From assembly GCF_001194135.2 (NCBI RefSeq), contig NC_068995.1, forward strand, positions 20,232,394-20,296,393: a stretch of DNA of 64,000 bases, in the 5' to 3' direction. Of the stretch, positions 56,087-64,000 are shown in pieces. Source of the DNA: Octopus bimaculoides (lineage: Eukaryota). Each line of letters starts with the position of its first letter. Position 1 is the stretch's first letter. Position numbers and translations under genes: made by a program. The notes beneath the pieces are model-generated. The model did no database searches, was not told the origin of the DNA, and worked only from the letters and a program-made list of their open reading frames with translations.

Positions 56087-56995
56087 CATATATGTATGTA
56101 TGTATGTATGTATGTATATATATATATATATATATATATNNNNNNNNNNNNNNNNNNNNNNNNNNNNNNNNNNNNNNNNNNNNNNNNNNNNNNNNNNNNN
56201 NNNNNNNNNNNNNNNNNNNNNNNNNNNNNNNNNNNNNNNNNNNNNNNNNNNNNNNNNNNNNNNNNNNNNNNNNNNNNNNNNNNNNNNNNNNNNNNNNNNN
56301 NNNNNNNNNNNNNNNNNNNNNNNNNNNNNNNNNNNNNNNNNNNNNNNNNNNNNNNNNNNNNNNNNNNNNNNNNNNNNNNNNNNNNNNNNNNNNNNNNNNN
56401 NNNNNNNNNNNNNNNNNNNNNNNNNNNNNNNNNNNNNNNNNNNNNNNNNNNNNNNNNNNNNNNNNNNNNNNNNNNNNNNNNNNNNNNNNNNNNNNNNNNN
56501 NNNNNNNNNNNNNNNNNNNNNNNNNNNNNNNNNNNNNNNNNNNNNNNNNNNNNNNNNNNNNNNNNNNNNNNNNNNNNNNNNNNNNNNNNNNNNNNNNNNN
56601 NNNNNNNNNNNNNNNNNNNNNNNNNNNNNNNNNNNNNNNNNNNNNNNNNNNNNNNNNNNNNNNNNNNNNNNNNNNNNNNNNNNNNNNNNNNNNNNNNNNN
56701 NNNNNNNNNNNNNNNNNNNNNNNNNNNNNNNNNNNNNNNNNNNNNNNNNNNNNNNNNNNNNNNNNNNNNNNNNNNNNNNNNNNNNNNNNNNNNNNNNNNN
56801 NNNNNNNNNNNNNNNNNNNNNNNNNNNNNNNNNNNNNNNNNNNNNNNNNNNNNNNNNNNNNNNNNNNNNNNNNNNNNNNNNNNNNNNNNNNNNNNNNNNN
56901 NNNNNNNNNNNNNNNNNNNNNNNNNNNNNNNNNNNNNNNNNNNNNNNNNNNNNNNNNNNNNNNNNNNNNNNNNNNNNNNNNNNNNNNNNNNNNNN

Positions 56996-57140
56996 ATGAC
57001 GGGCTTCTTTCCTTTTCCATCTACCAAATCCACTCACAAGGCTTTGGTTAGCCCGAGACTATAGTGGTAGACACTTGCCCAAGGACTAAACTCGAAATTA
57101 TGTAATTGGGAAGCAAACTTCTTACCACACAGCCATGCCC
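56996..57140 (-). mobile_element. SINE family A, 5' part (runs into a gap)
   Basis: Reverse complement of the tggctgtgtggtaag...ccttgtgagtggatttggtagatggaaa head and body. Confidence 0.8.
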
Positions 57141-57165
57141 ACACAGCTATGCATGACACCTGGCT

Positions 57166-57479
57166 GGGTACTCCGTCGGTCATGACGATGATTGCTCCAG
57201 TTGATTCGATCAACGGAACAGCCTGTTGGTAAAATATCTTTCAAGTGGCTGAGCACTTCATCGATACGTGTACCCTTAACGTAAATCTCAAGAATATTTA
57301 ACGTGACACGCCGAATGTGACAAAATTCGCCCTTTGATATACAGGTACAATTCATTTATGCCAGCTGAGTGGACTGGAGCAACGGGAAATGGAGAGCGAA
57401 AAATGCAATGTGCCGCCGGGAATCGAACTCACGATATTACAATCGTCAGACAACTACACTAACCACTAAGTCACGCGCC
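57166..57479 (-). mobile_element. SINE family C
   Basis: Reverse complement is colinear with 46102-46415. Confidence 0.85.
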
Positions 57480-57567
57480 TAAGCTTTTAATAATAGTGGG
57501 ATTATAAGCAAACACCCCGTTAAGAGTTGAAGACAGTGCTCAGTTACTGGTGAATTCCCAACATAGA

Positions 57568-57830
57568 GTTGAAACTAGAGCAGTTCATCCCTACTTGAAA
57601 CTAGTCCTGTTGATCCCTCCTTTGAAACTTGTCCTGTTGATCCCTCTTTGAAACTAGTCTTGTTGATCCCTCTTTCAAAATAATCCTGTTAATCCCTCTT
57701 TGAAACTAGTCTTGTTGACTCCTCTTTGAAACTAGTCCTGTTGATCTCTCTTTGAAACTAGTCCAGTTGATCCCTCCTTGAAAGTAGCCTTGTTGATCCT
57801 TCTTTGAAACTAAACCAGTTGATCCCTCTT
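57568..57830. repeat. 26-bp minisatellite, about 10 copies (tttgaaactagtcctgttgatccctc)
   Basis: Contiguous units with 1-5 substitutions each and no spacers. Confidence 0.93.
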
Positions 57831-58360
57831 TTCCTACTCACTAAATTACTGTATTTACATTGTGCGTACATATCTCTATTACATACAGTTCTGGTTTAAC
57901 ATTTATAGATATACACCATACAAGAGTATTTCATTGAAATAGAATTAAGATTACTATTAATTTATAATGTTTCTCTTAGTTAACATTTATTATAATTCTT
58001 TCTCTTATTTTCCTCCCACTGTATCTCTAATCACGTTGATTTCCATAATTTTATTGCCGATTATTACAAGCGCAATTGTTCTACATTTCATTAGATTCTT
58101 CCGTGCAGTACCTCTAGCTCATCTATTATAAAATATTGTTGATATTATTGTTCAACTCCAGGTTAGCCCTGATAAAGCAAATCTATGATCAAAAACATTT
58201 CAGCTATGACCATCCAAGTTTATTTTCGAGAATAATATACCAAGAAACATTATCTAAAGTCTTTTTTAAATACTGCACAGAGATGTTTTAGGGACATTTT
58301 CCTGCTATGTCTAATCTGCCTTGCGGGTTGTAGTATTATAGTATGTAAATATATGCGATA

Positions 58361-58766
58361 CGAGGGTGTACCCAGAAGTAACCGGAAAAGTTATCTGTGG
58401 GACAAACCCATTGCAGTTCAGGCTTCTGCCGCTAGAAGTCACTTGAAGCGGCCCTCAAGCATCAGTCTGCCCACCAGCATCGTCGGGTGATGTGGTATTA
58501 CCACGTGGTGCGTCTTTGTTTTGTGGTGCTTCTCCCGTGTTCGTCGATTTTTGTGTTGGCTAAAACGAAGGAACAGCGTGCTGCCGTGAAATTTTTTTTT
58601 TCTGATGGGGAAAACGGCAGCCGAAACAGTTGTCATGCTTCAAACAGCTTACAAGGAAGCTACCATGAGCAAAACACAAGTTTACAAGTGGTTTTCACGC
58701 TTTAGGAATGGTCACTTTTCACTTGAAGACCAACCTGCTTCAGGGCGTATGCTAAGTGAACATCAT
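58361..58766 (+). mobile_element. Mariner 5' end and transposase N-terminus, truncated by an assembly gap
   Basis: TA|cgagggtgtacccagaagtaaccggaa ITR; KEQRAAVKFFF/MGKTAAETVVMLQTAYKEATMSKTQVYKWFSRFRNGHFSLEDQPASGR. Confidence 0.88.
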
Positions 58767-59323
58767 NNNNNNNNNNNNNNNNNNNNNNNNNNNNNNNNNN
58801 NNNNNNNNNNNNNNNNNNNNNNNNNNNNNNNNNNNNNNNNNNNNNNNNNNNNNNNNNNNNNNNNNNNNNNNNNNNNNNNNNNNNNNNNNNNNNNNNNNNN
58901 NNNNNNNNNNNNNNNNNNNNNNNNNNNNNNNNNNNNNNNNNNNNNNNNNNNNNNNNNNNNNNNNNNNNNNNNNNNNNNNNNNNNNNNNNNNNNNNNNNNN
59001 NNNNNNNNNNNNNNNNNNNNNNNNNNNNNNNNNNNNNNNNNNNNNNNNNNNNNNNNNNNNNNNNNNNNNNNNNNNNNNNNNNNNNNNNNNNNNNNNNNNN
59101 NNNNNNNNNNNNNNNNNNNNNNNNNNNNNNNNNNNNNNNNNNNNNNNNNNNNNNNNNNNNNNNNNNNNNNNNNNNNNNNNNNNNNNNNNNNNNNNNNNNN
59201 NNNNNNNNNNNNNNNNNNNNNNNNNNNNNNNNNNNNNNNNNNNNNNNNNNNNNNNNNNNNNNNNNNNNNNNNNNNNNNNNNNNNNNNNNNNNNNNNNNNN
59301 NNNNNNNNNNNNNNNNNTATATA

Positions 59324-60215
59324 CGAGGTCTGATCAATAAGTATACGCACTGTTGCCATATTAGCGAAGCGAAAGCACGCAGGGTGAAGCTGCTTGGCAA
59401 ATATTGACCTTGAACTCGGTTGTGAATGTACCCTAAGCTTTAACGTTCTAGCTCACTTCCGCTGTTTACAGCAGTGCTTGGGAGGAAGGTGTGTAGCAAG
59501 TGGTTGTCGCATTGACCATGACTGAGAAAGTTGTCATGGTGATACTTGCTCAGAGGCCCACGCAAAGTTGCAGGTAGTGTATGGAGAGGGGTGTATGAGC
59601 CACACACGAGTGTACGAGTGGTTCTGACTTTTCCAAGATGACCAAAAGAATGTCGATATTGACGAACGCTCTGGGAGATCCGCAACGAGCAGAACTGAGA
59701 AAACTATCGATGTGCATGTAGCTGTGAGAGGAACTCGTCGAATCACCATCCGTGTGTTATCAGAGGATTTGCAGATTAGTTACGGTTCAGTTCAGTCCAT
59801 TATCACTGAAGATTTGGGTATGAGACGCATCTCTGCCAAGTTTGTGCCAAAACTGCTATCAACTGACCAAAAAACACTCGGGTTTCAATTTCTTAACATC
59901 TTCTTGATTGAGTTGAGAATGTTGAAAACTTTTTGAAAACTTTGCGTAGGTTTCTTAGCAGGTATCGTCAAGCTTTTAGCAAAATTGATGCAGATTCTCT
60001 GTTTAACTCTCTCTTTGTCGTGGTCAATGCGACGATCACATGTTACACATTTTCCTTCCAAGTACTGCTGTAAACAACAGCAGTGAGCTAGAACGTTAAA
60101 AGTTAGTGCGCATACACACTGGAGTTCAAGGTCAATCTGTGCCATGCGGCTTCACTCTGCGTACTTTAGCTTCGTTACTATGACAACAGTACGGTTGCTG
60201 ATTGCTCAGACCACG
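59324..60215. mobile_element. Non-autonomous mariner derivative made of two inverted 5' ends (892 bp)
   Basis: TA|cgaggtctgatcaataag ... ctgattgctcagaccacg|TA; left arm encodes RVYEWF..DERSGR..ITIRVLSEDLQISYGSVQSIITEDLGMRRISAKFVPKLL; right arm (minus) encodes ERVKQRICINF. Confidence 0.9.
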
Positions 60216-60230
60216 TATATATATATATAC

Positions 60231-60393
60231 AACGGGCGTCCCTCAGTTTCCATCTATCAAATCCACTCACACAGCTTTGGTCGGATCGAGGTTATAGTAG
60301 AAGGGACGCGCCTAAAGTGCGACGCAGTGGGACTGAACCCGGAAACCATGTGGTTAAAAAGGAAGTTTCTTACCACACAGCCACTCCTACGCC
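60231..60393 (-). mobile_element. SINE family A, 5' part; its internal (TA)n hosts the mariner derivative
   Basis: Reverse complement ggcgtaggagtggctgtgtggtaag...ccgggttcagtcccactgcg...gcccgttgtatatatata. Confidence 0.85.
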
Positions 60394-60999
60394 TATATAT
60401 CCAGACACGATTCATGGGGTGTCTAGACAACTTTATCCAACATGTTCTTTTTTTTCTAGAACAATCAGGTGTAATTAGAGAGAAATAAATTTGCTATTTT
60501 TATCCGCTCGAGCAACATCGTTGATGTTTCCTTGCATGAATGAATGAATGAAACTGGTTTATCGACCTAGAACCTTTCACCAGCTGCTTATGATGTTGGT
60601 ACTGGCGAATACGCCTTTCCTATCCTCTTTATCTGATATCTGTTCAAGATAGACTTCTGTCTTTTCCTTCTGGTTTTCGGCCTTAAGTCCAGAGTATAAC
60701 TGTAAGTTGTTGTATGATGTTATATTTATTGTTGCTATGCAAGTTTCTGTTGTTGTCTTTCTATATACTTATCGCTCACATTTCTTCAATAACTTTTGAA
60801 AGAAAGTTGCACCAGAATGTGGTTCTTTATACAGTAACATTTCGGTTAACACAATTAACCGCAGACTTGCTCATAACATGCAATAGGGTAAGGCAATTAT
60901 TGCTTGCCAGAGAGTATGGCTCAGTAACGTACCCTATTTTCGCTAGTTGTTTTTGGTGTCTGTGTAGCTGAGAGTAGACCCAAATGACCTCTCAGCCCA

Positions 61000-61180
61000 T
61001 TCACTGTTTACTCAATTGTATACTCAGAATGTAACAGCCAGGGAAGGGAATAGACTGCAAACCAGTCCTCTGTAAATGAGTATCGGCTACTAACTGGTAT
61101 TCGTTTGCAACTGAGTATGTTAGAGGACAGCGAAATGAAGTGCCTTGCTCAAGGACACAACACGCTAGCCGGTTCAGAAA
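61000..61180 (-). mobile_element. SINE family E fragment
   Basis: Reverse complement contains gtgttgtgtccttgagcaaggcactt, a conserved SINE central-domain-like motif. Confidence 0.55.
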
Positions 61181-62119
61181 TGGATGCATACGAAATACTT
61201 GATTGAAAATGAGACAGCAACAAATTGGAAAAGTTTGAGGGCCATGACGTGAGAATTTCCCCCCTTTTACGCCGCCTTTTCTTGACAGTAATATCTCGCT
61301 CCGATATCTACATTGCTGAGAGCACAGAAGACGAAAAGCCCAGCCCAAAATTTTAGAACACGTCTGATTTTGAAAGGCCCTGTCTATAATGTTATAAGAA
61401 ACCTCCCTTCATAGCCACGCGATGAAAAACTTCTTCTGTCATGTTTAAGTACAGCTCATTTGTTACGAAAAAGCCCTTCACATGATGTGAGAGTACATCT
61501 CATTTTAAGATACACTTGTCGAAAATCCCTCTACATAATGTATAAGTTACCATGTGATGAAGTGATTTGTCCGAAAAGCTACAATGTACTTTACGGCATA
61601 CGTCATATAAAGCCCTGACCGTAATGTTAAACTGCATTTCCCCTCACGGCACGTGCGTAACGAATGGCAATCTGTAATGTTAGGACGCATCTCACTTCAC
61701 GATAGACGTGAGAAAAGGTCCTGTCCATAATGTTATAAAACACCTCGACTTATAGAACAAGATTTTATTCAATTTTATGAACTTCATTAAACTTACATGA
61801 TTTTTTTTTCTTTTTAGACACAGGACATCACTAGTTACTTTGGACTCTATATTTTTCACAGACTTAGTTTCATAAAATTCGTCTGTTGACAGATAGGCTT
61901 CTATCGGAGTGTATATAAACGGAAAGTTTATATACACTTAATGTATATAAACGGAAAGCTCTGTACTTACGGGTTTCTGTTTGTTTGCATCAAAAGCCAT
62001 GAATACAAGGCCAGTCGAAACCATGAAAAACATTTTCAGCCGACAAAAATGCACAGGTAAAACGGTTATGGGAAGGTAAAATGTCAGAGGAGGAAAAGGC
62101 TTAAAGATTATTGACTGAT

Positions 62120-63137
62120 CAAATGTTCTTTTTCATGTGTTTTATTGAATAAAACAGGACTGTTTTTTCTCACATACAGGTAATGCCTTCATTTGTATGT
62201 ACTATATTATCATGACATGCAAGTAATGTATTGTCATTTAATAAGTGTATTAAAATATATTTGTTTAATTATTTTTACTGCCAGTTTTATTGCTTACAGA
62301 GAATAGGCACATTGATTCAGAACGATGGGTGAAACTATTGACAAATATCTTACCTAAAAGATTTTGCACTTTGTACTTAATAAACTTTGATCTTAAATAA
62401 AAAGCTGAGTCCAAAAATTCGTAAATGTGATAGTGCATGTCAACACACAAAAATAAAATGATGTGTCATGATGGTATATTAACACATAAACAGGTGTAGT
62501 TAAAAATGACAGTTCACTTTTTTTCTTTTTTTTACAAATAGTGTATTGTGCTAGATCATTGAACAGTTTAATGATATAAGAAAATAATAATTAAAAATGA
62601 TATTACTTTTACAAAAATATCAAAATGTTATTTACAAATCACTGAAATATTGACATTAATTATCATTTATCCGGAATTATCATTTAACACAAAATTCGTA
62701 ACAAAATGCCTGGTTATTTATCAATATATTGTTTTCCTGTTACATATCCTGCTTAAAGCAACATAAAACTAAACTTTTGCTCCTAATAATTCTCATCTTA
62801 TTTCTCTCATTTACTTTTTCCCTATTTTCCCGTCAAGGCAGTGGAACAATCACCTCATCCTTGCAATCATTTTTATTTTACTTCTAATATCACTCACTCT
62901 CTTTTTGTCATTTCTTTACTGTGACAGCAAATAAATACGAATTACTAATTATTATGGATTTTTAAAAAAACTGAAATGCGATATTTTCCTAGAACTTCTT
63001 TTGCCACGCCAAAATTGTGATCATTTTCTTCACTGACGCTTTATTCCTGTTCATCGATTAGTCACACCGTGGAACTAGCAGCACTTCTATCCAACCAAAT
63101 CGATTTGTCAATTCCACTTCCATATTCAGGTTAATCA
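62120..63137 (-). other. Probable terminal exon / 3'UTR of the minus-strand gene
   Basis: Strong acceptor acatttttcttctgttgcag at 63138-63157; AT-rich and free of repeats over about 1 kb; AATAAA on the minus strand at 62286-62291 and 62141-62146. Confidence 0.6.
62141..62153. terminator. Back-to-back poly(A) hexamers TTTATT-g-AATAAA
   Basis: AATAAA on minus at 62141-62146 and on plus at 62148-62153. Confidence 0.4.
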
Positions 63138-63264
63138 CTGCAACAGAAGAAAAATGTTTCAGCTAAAAACAGTAATTATAATGTATTAGCATGTAGCAAC
63201 AGCGACAACCGTATCAATTGTGATATTTATTACCAATTACCAGTAGATCATTGTACAACCTTAC

Positions 63265-63485
63265 CTCAAAGAAGACCATCACACCTGATGAAGTAGTTTC
63301 TATGGAATTCGTATCGTAATAGCAGTACGGCACAATGTTAACAAGCGAACATACATTTTGGCGAGCCAGTGAGAGATCCTGTATGAGGTTGCTTGATATG
63401 CTGGAAACAGCTACCAAGTCTCTCTCAAACTTTCCACTGCTATCACTAAAATATATGTAAACCGGACAATCCGATTCTAAGTTCT
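63265..63485 (-). CDS. Penultimate coding exon of an unidentified protein (gene continues beyond the right edge of the window)
   Basis: Stop-free frame 63522-63214; acceptor gtgtctttttcctatgtgcag, donor GAG|GTAAGG; peptide (E)NLESDCPVYIYFSDSSGKFERDLVAVSSISSNLIQDLSLARQNVCSLVNIVPYCYYDTNSIETTSSGVMVFFE; non-repetitive and more GC-rich than its flanks. Alternative acceptors at 63445 and 63510 keep the same frame. Confidence 0.65.
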
Positions 63486-63702
63486 CTGCACATAGGAAAA
63501 AGACACATGGCTGGGAGGTCTTTTATCATGGGCCTGTCCAGTCAGGACCGTCCTGGCATAAAAATGTGACAACGACTACAGAAGTTTATATCTGTTTCTG
63601 TGTGAATATGTGTCTGTAGAAATGTATACACAAGTGTATCATTTATCAATGTGCGTGTGTGTGTATGTGTATGTGTGTGCTCTATGAGTAATNNNNNNNN
63701 NN

Positions 63703-63747
<45 letters not shown>

Positions 63748-63932
63748 AAAGATACAGCATTATTTATGACTGGTTAACGTGTTGAATGTTGAGTTCTTCT
63801 CTCTAAAATTACAGACTACATACTTTACTTTATATTTGGTTAGATAAGACGGTATTAAACACATTAATCCAACATGACACATTAGCCAGACAACTCTATT
63901 GGTATCAAAGAAAAGTTAATTCTCAGACACTA

Positions 63933-64000
<68 letters not shown>

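Noticed and set aside
57568-57830. CRISPR-like array
   Set aside because: The units are contiguous with no unique spacers, the context is eukaryotic, and there are no cas genes.
58361-60215. A single large mariner spanning the 58767-59317 gap
   Set aside because: The ITRs and N-terminal peptides on the two sides differ, and the element right of the gap starts with its own TA plus 5' ITR, so these are separate insertions.
63135-63137. Selenocysteine or read-through at the TGA opening the terminal exon
   Set aside because: A second in-frame TGA follows after two codons, and I could not identify a SECIS element.

Overview
This is eukaryotic, AT-rich, mostly non-coding DNA from a gapped assembly. 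There are about 18 N-runs, most of them abutting microsatellites. The repeat families and the extreme microsatellite density look like octopus, probably Octopus bimaculoides; this is inference from recognising the repeats, not a database result. The only supported host gene is the 3' end of an unidentified minus-strand gene at the right edge: a coding exon at about 63265-63485, a 127-nt GT-AG intron, and a terminal exon/3'UTR running to about 62.1 kb. The rest is mobile-element and repeat DNA. It includes at least four tRNA-derived SINE families with many copies, several carrying clear 9-18 bp TSDs. It also includes a full-length decayed mariner nested in a 31-bp minisatellite, a mariner fold-back derivative built from two 5' ends, two further mariner fragments and two hAT MITEs. 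Fragments of R2/R4-type (RLE), Penelope-like and CR1-like retroelements are also present. Nearly all entries in the ORF track are microsatellite or N-run artefacts. I found no new multi-gene system. The observations most worth following up are the mariner fold-back, a 16:1 strand bias of one SINE family, repeated SINE insertion at one 17-bp target, a hairpin shared between SINE families, and the unusual C-terminal splicing and back-to-back poly(A) signals of the gene. SINE family letters A-E are my own labels.
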